A stretch of 64,000 nt of DNA from Octopus vulgaris (Eukaryota), in the NCBI GenBank assembly GCA_951406725.2, contig OX597818.1, positions 45,880,001 to 45,944,000 on the forward strand, read 5' to 3'. Under the pieces are notes generated by a model that was not told the DNA's origin, did no database searches, and saw only the letters and a program-made list of their open reading frames with translations. This document shows, one piece after another, positions 51,333 to 64,000 of this stretch. The position numbers and the translations under genes were made by a program. Within the stretch, counting starts at the first letter, position 1, and each line of letters begins with the position of its first letter.

Positions 51333-51717
51333 CTTTCCATTGAAAAAGATTTATCATAGATTTATCAAATGCTACGTACCTCAAACCTTCTGACCATGCG
51401 ACATCAAAATATTTGAAGAAAGTGAGCAAAAGCTAAACCTACATAGACGTTTGAATTCGTAAGTCTTCCCTCCAAAATTTTGCCATGCGCACTACAAAAA
51501 TAGTTCCATATGATTAGGAACTATTGGGTTGTCATAAGGGAGTGAAAAATCCAAATAGTAATATAATAATAAGAGTAAATAATTTCTATAAAGGCTTTTA
51601 ATATATATACTGAACTTTACAGAAGTTCCTGCCGGTAATCGGCTATATTTACATACCGAATTCTACCAGTAAATAATTGGGGTTTTTTTAAAAGCCTTTA
51701 TAGAAATTATTTACTCT

Positions 51718-51768
<51 letters not shown>

Positions 51769-52447
51769 TATATGTGCGTGTGTCTGTGTTTGTTCACCCA
51801 CCATCGCTTGACAACTGATGATGGTATGTTTATGTCCCCATAACTTAGTGGTTCGTCACAAGAGACCGACAGAATAAGTACTAGGCTTACAAAGAATAAG
51901 TCCGGGGGTTGATTCATTTGACTAAAAGGTGGTGCTCCAGCATGACCGCAGTCAAATGACTGAAACAAATAAAAGAATAATATATACATATTCTTTTACT
52001 TGTTTACTAAAGGCTGGAGCACCGTCTTTAGACAAACAAATCGATCCCCAGGGCTAATTCTAACGGTCTCTTTTGTCAAACCAATATGTTACGGGGATGT
52101 AAACACCAGCATCAGTTGTCAAGAAATGATGGGGGGGGGGACAAACACAGACACACAAACATATACATACATACATATATATACATACATACATATATAT
52201 ATATATACATACATACATATACATATATATACATATATATATACATATATATATACATATATATACATATATATATACATACATATACATATATATATAC
52301 ATATATATATATACACACACACACATATATATATACATATATATATATACATGTATATATATATATATATACATATATATACATATATATATATATACAT
52401 ATATATATACATATATATATATACATATATATACTTGTATATATGTA

Positions 52448-52553
<106 letters not shown>

Positions 52554-54377
52554 ACAGTAAAAGTAAATAGACAAAGAGATATAAGTATAAAATTTCAAAT
52601 ATACTATGTAATTAAATCAAATCTGACAGCTGAAATTTTATACTTATATCTCTTTGTCTATTTACTTTTACTGTATATTTTGTATAATGCCTTTACTGAT
52701 ATGTAATGGTATAATAAAGTATTGATTGGGTATCATCTGATAGTTGATGTTTTATTGATTTAAGTATGTTTCTCCATTTGCTAATTTTGTAGTATTAATT
52801 TACGGTAATATTATTACCTTTACCCATATAATACAATAGATGAACTGATTGTTTGGCAATTTTTAACATCTATGTATTAGTCTTGTTGGGTACCTATCTA
52901 GCAGTATATTGGATATATATTATCCCATGGTGGGTTGAATTTTCAACCCCTATCTCATTTTATAACCTATATATATATATGTATATATATATGTACAACA
53001 GGCTTCTTTCAGTTTCCATCTACCAAATCCACTCACAAATTGGCCCGAGGCTATAGTAGAAGACACTTATCCAAGGTGACACTCAGTGGGACTGAACCCG
53101 GAACCATGTGGTTTGTAAGCAAGCTACTTACCACACATGTTCGTATATGTTTAATTTGGGGGAAAATTTATTATTTCAATATATATGTATTTTATGTATG
53201 TTGTATGTATTAAAGAAAGCAAACAATAAAAAATGATAAAAGCAAAAGGCTAAATGGATGTGTATGTGTAAAAGAGTCTAGCACCTGTCTGCTTTGGCAT
53301 GGTTTTTGTGGCTGGATGCTCTTCCTAACGCCACCACTTTACAGTATGGACTGGATGCTTTTACGTGACACCAACACGGTGCCATGTGTGTGTGTATTAT
53401 ATATATATATGTAGCTGTGTGTGATAAGAAGCTTGCTTCCCAACCACATAGTTCTGGGTTCAATCCCACTGTGTGGCACCTTAGGCAAGTGTCTTCTGCT
53501 ATAGCCTTGGGTTGACCAAAGCCTTGTGATGTATTTTGGTAGCCAGAAACTGAATGAAGCCCATCATATATGTATGTGTGTGTGTTTGTGTGTCTGTGTT
53601 TTTCCCCCACTATCACTTGATAACCAATGTTGATGTGTTTACGTCCCTATAACTTAGCGGTTTGGCAAAAAAGACCAATAGAATAAGTACTAGGCTTACA
53701 AAGAATAAGTATTAGGGTTGATTTCTTCAACTAAAGGTGGTGCTCCTGTATGGCCGCAGTCAAATGACCGAAACAAATAAAAGAATGAAAGAATATATAA
53801 ACATAGACATAGGAGTGGCTGTGTGGTAAGTAGCTTGCTTACCAACCACATGGTTCTGGGTTCAGTCCCACTGTGTGGCACCTTGGGCAAGTGTCTTCTA
53901 CTATAGCCTCGGGCCGACCAAAGCCTTGTGAGTGGATTTGGTAGACGGAAACTGAAAGAAGCCTTTCGTATATATGTATATATATATATATGTGTGCGTG
54001 TATGTTTGTGTGTCTATGTTTGTCCCCCTAGCATTGCTTGACAACCGATGCTGGTGTGTTTATGTCCCCATCACTTAGCGGTTCGGCAAAAGAGACCGAT
54101 AGAATAAGTACTGGGCTTACAAAGAATAAGTCCCGGGGTCGAGTTGCTCGACTAAAGGCGGTGCTCCAGCATGGCTGCAGTCAACTGACTGAAACAAGTA
54201 AAAGAGTATACACATACATATATATGATATATACAAACATACAGTATATTTATGTTTCTGATGAAGAGCTCTGCTCAAAACGTTGAATCCTTCTTTCTTT
54301 CCTTTCCTGAGCATCCAATAACACTATACTTGTTCCACGTCCTCGCGTTGTTGTGTTTTCTCTTTGTTCATGTTGGA

Positions 54378-54439
<62 letters not shown>

Positions 54440-55944
54440 ACCCCTTAGTGTTCACATTATTCTGCCAAAATTAATACTTTTTTATCCACATTGCTTTGAA
54501 CTAATCACGCATTATCTTGCAGCTTTGAGATTTTGATGAGGTAGCTGTTAATTTTTAAAACGACATTGTAGGGTTGGTGTGAGAGACCAGATATGGCCAG
54601 TTTGAACATAAAACAGGCAGAATACATTTGGCCGGATATGGCCGGTTTAAATGCTAAAGGGTTAATCGAAATCGAAATCAAACTTGGTGACTGGCATCCG
54701 TTGCTAGTGGAGCGCTAAGAGTACCATACGCAACAAACTGGCCTTCATGCCGGTGGCACGTTAAGCACACCATTCGAGCGTGATCGTTACCGCATCGCCT
54801 TACTAGCACTTATTCTGGTGGAATGTGAAACATTCAAGCGAGGACGTCCCCAGTGCCGCTGGACTGGCTCCTGTGCAGGTGGCACATAAAAAAAGCACCA
54901 TTTGGACGTGGCCGTTGCCAGTACCACCAAACTGGCCCTCGTACCGGTGGCACGTAAAAGCACCCACTACACTCTCGGAGTGGTTGGCGTTAGGAAGGGC
55001 ATCCAGCTGTAGAAACTCTGCTAGATCGGATTCGAGTCTGGTTCGCCAAGCCGCAGTCAAATCATCCAACCCATGCTAGCATGGAAAGTGGACGTTAAAT
55101 GATGACGATGATATATATATATATATATGTATATATATACACACACATACATACATATATACATACATACACACATACACACACACATACACACACGTAC
55201 ATAAATATACATACATATATATACTCATCTTGGTACAAGTTGACTGGGAAACTGGGGCCCACCAAAATTGTTCCCAATTGGGTCCCTCACCTCCTAAGGC
55301 TAACCCTGCCTGAAGGGATGAAAGGCAAAGTCGGCCTCGGTAGAATTTGAGCTCAGAACATAGCAACAGGCGAAATACCACTAAGCATTTTGCCTGGCGT
55401 GCTAACTATTCTGACAGCTCACCACCTAAAATAAAATAAATAAATAAACAACAGTGAGTGACGTGCTCTCATGAACTGCTCTGAAGCATGAAGATTCCAA
55501 GCAAGCTTCAATCATGAAGCTTAGTCAGAAATTTTTAATGTCTCTTGGCCTACAAGTTAACAATAAGAATGACAAAATGACACCCAAATACTGACAGACC
55601 TACCACTGCTTCTGATTTAGAAATTAACTATCAGGAAGACCAAAGAGATCCAAATAGTGACAAACCTATCACTGATGCAAAAAACATCAAAGAAAACCAA
55701 AGAAGGTTTGCATGAATAATATCGAAGACAACTGGGAAGAAGGTGAGCTGAGAAGTATATTAAGCAACTCCCTGGTAACTCTAGTCTCCACGAACTACAA
55801 AAGATAACCTTGATGGGTATAGCCTATATACTACGGAAAGCACTCTCCATCTAAAATGGAACAAATGTGGTGATAATTTTAGCAAAACAAAATTTTAGTA
55901 AAACAAAAGTGCCCTTGCTACTCTTGGCTGCCGGAGGATGCCCA

Positions 55945-56440
55945 GTACAAAGGCAGCTCCCATATTGGAGTACGGGATTCAAGCCTCTTCTCCTTATCTC
56001 CTCAAAGACATACATCATCTCGAAAGAGTCCAGAAGCTGGCTACACGCATGGTTCTTGGTCTCAAACATTTGTCTTATGAAGAAAGGCTGGAGAAAAACG
56101 ACGACGCCGTGGTGATCTCATTCTTGCTCACAACATCATAAGCGGAAAGTGTAACCTCGAAAGAGCTGTTCTTCACTCCTGCTCCAGAGCGTCGGCTGCG
56201 GGGTCACTCCGAAAAGCTCTATCTGCGATGATTTCATCGCAATCGAAGGAGAGGGGCTTTCTCCATCCGGGTTGCGGATCCGTGGAATAAGCTGCCAGAC
56301 AAGATAGTGAAGATGCCAACGACCGCTCGGTTCAAAGTCTCTCTTGACCAGAAATGGCCTGAACTCTTTGCATGAACACCCTCCTTGTACATAAATCCAT
56401 GGCCTTGCTTTTTGCTTTTTGAGCCAAAAATGAAATAAAG
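55945..56440 (+). pseudogene. CR1-clade LINE 3' end
   Basis: ILEYGIQASSPYLLKDIHHLERVQKLATRMV...LSYEERL, then RRRRGDLI, RGHSEKL and FSIRVADPWNKLP, the typical CR1 ORF2 C-terminus. Confidence 0.85.
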
Positions 56441-56499
56441 TTATAATGAAAAGAAACCAAAAAAAGTAGTAGTAGTAGGAGGAGGAGGAGGAGGAAGGA

Positions 56500-59400
56500 T
56501 TACTTAACTGGAATAAAAATATCTCGGAATAGTGAGTGTCTGAGAGATCCCTGCAGATGGCCTACAAAGGATGGTCGGAGTTGAAGACAGAGAGGTAAGA
56601 GTTGAAAGCAGAGAGAAGAGTAGACAGGAGGAACAGGGAAATAGTGATGGGGCTGTTAAGGATGAGGAACAGGAACATTATACAGTGAACCCTGATACTG
56701 TGATGGGTGAACATGCAGGGGAAATGAACCAACTAGATAATGAATTGCTTGAAATTCAAAGACGACTCTCTGACTTGATGAATGCTCCAGAAGAAAAAAA
56801 TCTTGATGAATATGAAGAGGGTAGATAGGAGTATGATAAATAAAGTAGCACAAAAGATAAATATTGTCATTCCATACATCCAGACGGAGGACATAACACA
56901 AACAAGGAATCTTCCCCGAGCTATTGCGCTACTTTCTGAGGAGAAATTGCAACTTAAGAAAACAAAACATGGTGGAGCAAAAAGAACCATGGTGGAAACG
57001 ATGCATTGAAAGGGACATAATGCGGGCAAGGTGAGATCTTGGGAAAATTGAGCAATGGTTAAGAGGAAACTAGAAAAATGGGAAAAAGACCGACTGAGAA
57101 AAATTATGGAAGAAATATAAAATGCGGAAGAATGGGTTTCAAGCAGTAATAGAGCAGTTATAACAGAGGATCATGGGAAAAAGCCAGAATATCAGAAGAT
57201 ATTTGTGGACAGAAATAAGCAGTCCGAGGAGAACAGACTGTTTAAAAATAACCTGAAAGAACTCTTCTGAACGTTAGAAGGAGACAATGGGGAAAATGTT
57301 GCTCCTGATGCAAATCAAGCCAAGGAGCTCTGGAGTGGATTATAGGGAAACAATGTGGTGCATAAAAGGGATGCAATGTGGATAGGAACTATCAAGACAG
57401 AATTACAAGGAGGAAATAAATAAAAGAATATTGTCAAAAGCACGGTTAAAGTGAAAGAACAAGTGGGTAAAGTGCCTAACTGGAAAGCTCCTGGACCAGA
57501 TAGGATTCATGGCTTTTGACTGAAGAGATGCTATGCGGTGCATGAAAGACTAGCAGCCCAATTGAATGAGTGTGTCCAGAAAGGTACAGTCCCTACATGA
57601 ATGGTGACTGAGAGGACAACACTTATAATGAAAGATACAAGAGAGGGGAATATTGTGGGAAACTACCGTTCCATAGCATGCCTAAACATACTCTGGAAGA
57701 TAATCACTGGAATATTTGCGGCAAAGACATATAATTTCCTGACACAGGAAGAAATACTACCAAGGGAACAAAAAGGATGTAGGAAGAGTTCTCAGGGTAC
57801 CAAGGATCACCTGGTCATCGATAAAACAATTTTGAGGCATTATAAAAAACATCATACAAACATGTCATGTCTATGGTTTGGATTGACTTTAGGAAGGCAT
57901 ATGATATGATGCCTCGTCCTTGGATCGTTGAACACCTGAAGATGTTTGGTGTTGCTGGCAATATCACATATTTTCTGATGCATGGCATGAAAGAGTGGAA
58001 AACCAAATTGTACTCAAGTAATGTATTCCTTGGAGAATTTAATATTAAAAGGGGCATCTTCCAAGGTGACTCGTTTTCTCTGTTTCTATTTGTAATTTCA
58101 CTAATACCCATAACAATGACACTGAGGAAAGTTAAGATGGGTTATCGATGAGGAATGAAAGGCTCATCATTGAACCATCTTCTGTTCTTGGATGACCTGA
58201 AATTTTTTTGGAAATCTGAAAAACTGATAGATTGCTTAACCAAAACAGTCCAGAAGTGTGGTAGGGACATCGGTATGGAATTCGGGATTACCAAATGCTC
58301 AGTATGTAATATGAAAAGATGAAAGAAAGCATTCTGCAGAGGATTGCAGTTACCATCAGGAGAGACCATGGGTGGACCCAACGGTAGTGGGTATCGATAT
58401 TTAGAGATTTGGGAGCTGGATGACATTCTACACAGAGAAATGAAAGTCAAGGTCAGTGAGGTATATCATAAAAGAGTGAAGATGGTGTTGAAATCCAACC
58501 AGAATGCCAAATTTTGATTACCGCAATGAATAGCTTGGCAATTTCAGTGGTCAGATATAGTGCATCCATCCTCAAATGGACTAAGGAGGAAGTATCAACA
58601 CTGGATAGAATGACAAGAAAGTTGAAGACGCTACATGGAGCGCTACACCCTAAAGCAAACATAAACAGACTGTAAATGAAAAGAAAGAATGGTGGCAGAG
58701 GACTAATTAGTATAGACCATTGTATAAGAAGTGAAAGGAGAATGCTTGCCGAGTATTTGATAAATAGTGATGAAGGCCTGCTGCAATATGCTGCGAAAGA
58801 TATGGGTGTAAATGCAGGTGAAATGATGGGCAAGGAAGAGTTTAACCAAAGAGCTGAGGAGAAGAGAAAAGAAAACTTTCTTAAAATGAGAATGCATGGA
58901 CAATTTGAAAGGAATACACAGGACATTAAGGAGAATACAGCATCGTGAACATGGCTTGAGCGAGGTGATTTAAAGTGTACCACTGAAAACCTGATCATTG
59001 CTGCACAAGACCAGGCTCTCATAACCAAGTCAGTAAAGTATAACATCAATAAAATTTCTGACACCAGAAATGCAGACTGTGAAAAGAGTGTGGAAATTGT
59101 GACCCACTTGGTAACTGGATGTGAGAGCCTTGCACAAAAAGAATACAAGCACTGCCACGATAAAGTGTGTGTGCATCTTCATTGGCTCTTATGCTGTAAA
59201 TGCCAATATGAAATAACAGAGAACTGGTATGAGCATGTACCAAGTAAAGTTATACAGGAGGCTAGAAAAGTAACGATACTCTGGGGCTATAATTTTCAGA
59301 CGGATCGTGTAATCGAGCACCGTCGGCCGGATATTATCATATTGAATAAGAGAGACAAATAGAGATCATTGATATAGCCATACCAAATGACATGAATGTT

Positions 59401-59700
59401 GTGAGTAAAGAGGTTGTAAAAATCACCAAGTACTCCAAGTTGAAAGTGGAAATGGAAAAAACTATGGAATGCGAGAGGTGATAACAGTGGTGATCAGAGC
59501 GTTGGGCCCAATTTCAGTGAAACTTCAAGACTTCTTTAGGTAGATGGCAATCCCATGCAAGACTGATGTCTTACAAAAAGTAGCCTTATTGGACACAGCG
59601 CACATCTTAAGGAAAGTATTATCAGTCTAAGGCCCTTGTTGTAACTTGACAGACGACTAAAGACTCCAGTGCATTTTTACCTACATTGTGTTATGAAGGA

Positions 59701-59701
<1 letters not shown>
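56500..59701 (+). mobile_element. R4/Dong-clade non-LTR retrotransposon (RT + restriction-like endonuclease), decayed
   Basis: WKAPGPDRIHG, NYRSIACLN, QKGCR, WIDFRKAYD, RGIFQGDSFS, HLLFLDDLK, RKNGGRGL, CHDKV..LHW and HRRPDIII motifs, with many stops and frameshifts. The 3' end abuts (TAA)n, the known Dong target. 5' boundary approximate. Confidence 0.88.
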
Positions 59702-59746
<45 letters not shown>

Positions 59747-59817
59747 TAACAATAACAATAACTAACAATAACAATAACAATAATAATAATAATTAATAAT
59801 AATAATTAATAATAATA

Positions 59818-59862
<45 letters not shown>

Positions 59863-60385
59863 TTCTTTTATTTGCCACCAGGGCGAAGGATGAGGGGACA
59901 ATACAGAGACAGACATAAAGTAAGGGGTTTCACATATAATGAAATAAGAAAAATGCAAGTATACATGGTATATACTGAAAAAGAAGGGATATATATACAG
60001 AGCATACAAAGATTGAAAAAAAAATGTGGCAGGGAGGATGATAGAGATGTGACCCTCCTGATAGAGGAAGGCCTCTAGGGATAATCGAGGAACCCCACTG
60101 TTTGAGATTTCCCTGAAACTCCAAGAGCAAGTGCCCTCTCCAATTTCTTCTATCTGGCTCATGGGTCTATACTTAGAGAGGTACCATCCACTCTTGCCAT
60201 TTTCACAACTTCCACCCACCTTTCAATAAACTCACTCGAGGACAACACTTGCCTCTCCACTCTTAATTTCCTTTTCAACTGAAACTTGAAAATGTCAATG
60301 AGAGCTCTACCAAGGGGGAATGCATCTGTCCTCATGCCTTTCAGCCTTGAACACCAAACAACCTCTTTCACCACAGCCACTAGGA
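59863..60385 (-). mobile_element. L1/Tx1-like LINE 3' end
   Basis: AVVKEVVWCSRLKG...FKFQLKRKLRVER...FIERW resembles the Tx1 ORF2 C-terminus (K..IW..R...F...W). The 3' UTR ends in AATAAAGAAA before (TTA)n. Confidence 0.6.
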
Positions 60386-60798
<413 letters not shown>

Positions 60799-60997
60799 AA
60801 ACCCTATCAATGTAAATGTTTGTGTTGTATTACATGGAGATATTTATCTGCTTCCCCTCCCCAAGCTTTCAGCTATATTTAAACAACTCCTTAACCTTCA
60901 CTTGCCCTAGGGCGCTGGGTGTGCCCCGGCAAGTGATTGCATCAAACATGCAGATTAAAAGTAAATGACAATAATAATAATAATAATAATAATAATA

Positions 60998-61036
<39 letters not shown>

Positions 61037-61597
61037 GAGTGAGTGAGTGAGCAGTGCATGCCATCAAAGTGACACTGGGGTAAAATATACGAAGCCCAGT
61101 ATACCCATCATGACTACCCGTCTGATAAGGGTACACTGGGCACATGCATCACAACCATATGTGCGCGACATGGTGATCTCATATCAAGATAAACAGCGCA
61201 TTACCTTGCAGGTGGGGCCCAGTTAGAATTTTCTTCTGGTCGAGTAGCCCATTCCGCTCAAAAGGTCCTTGAATAAGGGTTGTTTAAGGATGTTGAACGA
61301 ATCACCCATGTTTCCAAAGGTGAATTATCCAAACCTCCAAGAATTCCTTTCAACACACGGCTATGATGCTCCCCCACTACTTCTGCTCGTGATCAGAGAT
61401 GCACATATCGTCAGCCACTAAGGGACATGCTCAACTGGTTAAAGTCAAACAACTGACAAGCAAATCTGTGGTATTGAGCAGAATATTTGCTGTAGCCCAT
61501 CTTTTATACCAAGACAAAACAAAGTACATGATAACACTTCCAATCAGTTAAGATCAAAAGCTATGAGAGCCACTGTCTGGTACTGCATCAGGGCGTT
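61037..61597. mobile_element. Unclassified ~560-bp insertion between (TTA)n tracts
   Basis: GC-richer non-coding block flanked on both sides by TTA/TTC repeats; probably the UTR of a microsatellite-targeting retroelement (inference). Confidence 0.35.
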
Positions 61598-61604
61598 TCT
61601 TCTT

Positions 61605-61687
<83 letters not shown>

Positions 61688-64000
61688 CAATCAACAGTGC
61701 ATTTTTTCCTCATTGCCCTCACGCGTTTTTTGGAATACGGACTTTGATATTTACTTTTGTCCCGTCAACTTTATAAGTATTGTCTTCGACATCACTGTTA
61801 AGTTGTGAATGTTACATTCTAACTAACGTGATATTCATCTGGGTTTTTGAGTCCTTTTGCTCACACCACGTTTTTTTCTTAATGTGATAAATGTATAAAT
61901 ACACGTAAGGTAAGGCCTCGCATATGTAAGATAGTGATTGGAAAAACTTCGATTATTTGAAATTAGCCATGCAGCAAATAGTAAACAAATGCTCTTCCGT
62001 GGGTGGAGGAGTAAAATCTAGAAATAAGGAAGGGGAAGATGTGGTTGTGTGGTTAAGAAGTTTGCTTGCCAATCACATGGTTCCAAGTTCAGTCCCAGCT
62101 GTAGTAGAAGTGCCTTTTACTACCTTGTGAGTGGGTTTGATAGGCACGTGTGCATATGTGTATGTATGTAGTCTTTTATTCTTTATTCTTTTACTTGTTT
62201 CAGTCATTTGATCGTGGCCAAGCAGGAGCAAAGCGTTTTTTTTTTTTAGTAAAATCGACCCCATGACTTACTATTTAAGCCCAGTACTTATTCAATCGGT
62301 TAGATTTACTGAACCTCTAAGTTAAAGGGACGTATACACACCAGCACCAGGTGTCAAGCAGTGATGGGGGACTAACACAAACACAAACACATATAGATAC
62401 ACACATATATATATATTTTTTCCCTCCACTTTGATGAGAGGTTATAGGCCACCAGCCATTAGGGTCTGAAGAAACGTAAAACTAAGCACTTTGTGGACAT
62501 GAAACCCTGGGTAACCTCATAGACTGGCCATAACTATCTTTGTCTAATTACTCTACTGCTCTATAAACTTACAGTGTACTTCTCTTTTGGATTTATGACT
62601 TACTGACAATATATATATATACACACACACACATATATATATACATATATATATATAATCATTACAGATATAGGGTAAAGAATTATTAATTTAATAATTA
62701 ATAAATTTTACCAAGTAGTTTCGGTTTGGAAAAAGAACCATTATTGGTAGAAACTTTTACAAAAAGTTTTTTTTTTTTTATATATGATTAAATATAATTA
62801 AGGGTTTAGCAACAAGTTGCTTCACCTCATACAGAAAATTTAGAAATAGCAGCCAAAGACAGCTAATTCCTTTTCACTACAGATTAGACTCCACAGATAA
62901 CAATACTGTTATCTGTACTGAAAAGGAATTAGCTGTCTTTGGCTGCTATTTCTAAATTTTCGGTATATGTGGTGAAGCAACTTGTTGCTAAACCCTTAAT
63001 TATATATATATGTGTGTGTGTGTGTGTGTTGTGTGTGTTTATTGAGCGAAAACACTTAAAAGCTCCCCTATGCTCCGGCAGGGGGTGGTGATCCCTGCTG
63101 TACTCTTTCACCACGCTTTCTCCCACTCTTTCTTCTGTTGGCCTGCTCGCTTAGCCAGCGGGGTGGCGTCATTGGAAGGCTAAAACAATGCGAACACATT
63201 GTGACCAGCGATGTGTAACTACATCTGATGGTCTGGTCGGTCATATATATGGTAGACTTCTTTCAGTTTCCATCTACCAAATCTGTTCATAAGGATTTGT
63301 GCAACTCTTTATCCATTCGAAACAAATTCACACACAGGAACTTCTGAGACTCTCAATATATTTGCATGGATTTACCGAGTTTAGGAGGTGGTCTTACTCA
63401 GTCCAAGTTCACTTCCACCATGTATGCATGCATGCATGCATGTATGTATGTATGTATGTATGTATGTATGTATGTATGTATGTATGTGTGAAATAATTTT
63501 TTCCATAGGTTTTTTTCGAGTGCATTCAACATGTCTCACTTCCAAAGATTTAGCTGCTATTTCTAACACGCCCTGCTACCATGCAACTGCTATTTACGAT
63601 AAAGAACCCAAAATGCCTGTTATGTGGTAGGAGGGTGTGCAAGAAACAGCAACCAAATCTTTCTTTTCTGGGGAAAAGTACCGCTTGCATGTAATTTCGA
63701 TGTCACAATTGTTGAAAGCATGTGAAATAACTGGGTAAAGAAAAAACCCATGGACAGGAACAAAGAGCTTCAGAGATACTGAGCCTGGTTTTGCAAGCTT
63801 ATAGTGATGAGGCAATGGGTTGTACGCAATGTTTCAAGTGGCATGGGCACTTCAAAGTGGAAGAATGTCACTAGAAGACAATGAGTGATTGAAAGATCTG
63901 CCACAAGCATCACCTCTAGAAATGCAGTATTGTGCATAGAAAATTCATCTTCCTGGGCCAGACCATCAATTGAGAGTTCTACTGTGAGATTTTGAAGTGT

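Overview
AT-rich, repeat-saturated animal genomic DNA. The tRNA-derived SINE families, RTE 3' tails ending in (GAT)n and very long (TA)n tracts look like an octopus/cephalopod genome (inference from repeat content only). The only host coding sequence I can support is the first coding exon of an ABCA-subfamily (ABCA3-like) transporter on the minus strand (17740-18025); the rest is intronic or upstream DNA. It contains decayed mariner, hAT, Merlin-like, piggyBac-like and Helitron elements, RTE, CR1-like, R4/Dong-like and L1/Tx1-like LINEs, three SINE families and microsatellites. Most ORF-track entries are microsatellite or SINE artefacts. The highlight is a near-perfect 535-bp tandem array (46875-49640, 5 copies plus a partial). 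Every unit carries an intact type I hammerhead ribozyme fold with a palindromic minimal helix III and an unusually long helix II, i.e. a candidate retrozyme (self-cleaving, potentially circular RNA replicon). More hammerhead folds, Penelope-like RT remnants and many 'inverted repeat + tail' elements sitting in (TA)n tracts point to a family of Penelope-mobilised, ribozyme-bearing non-autonomous elements. All folds were paired by eye and none was tested.
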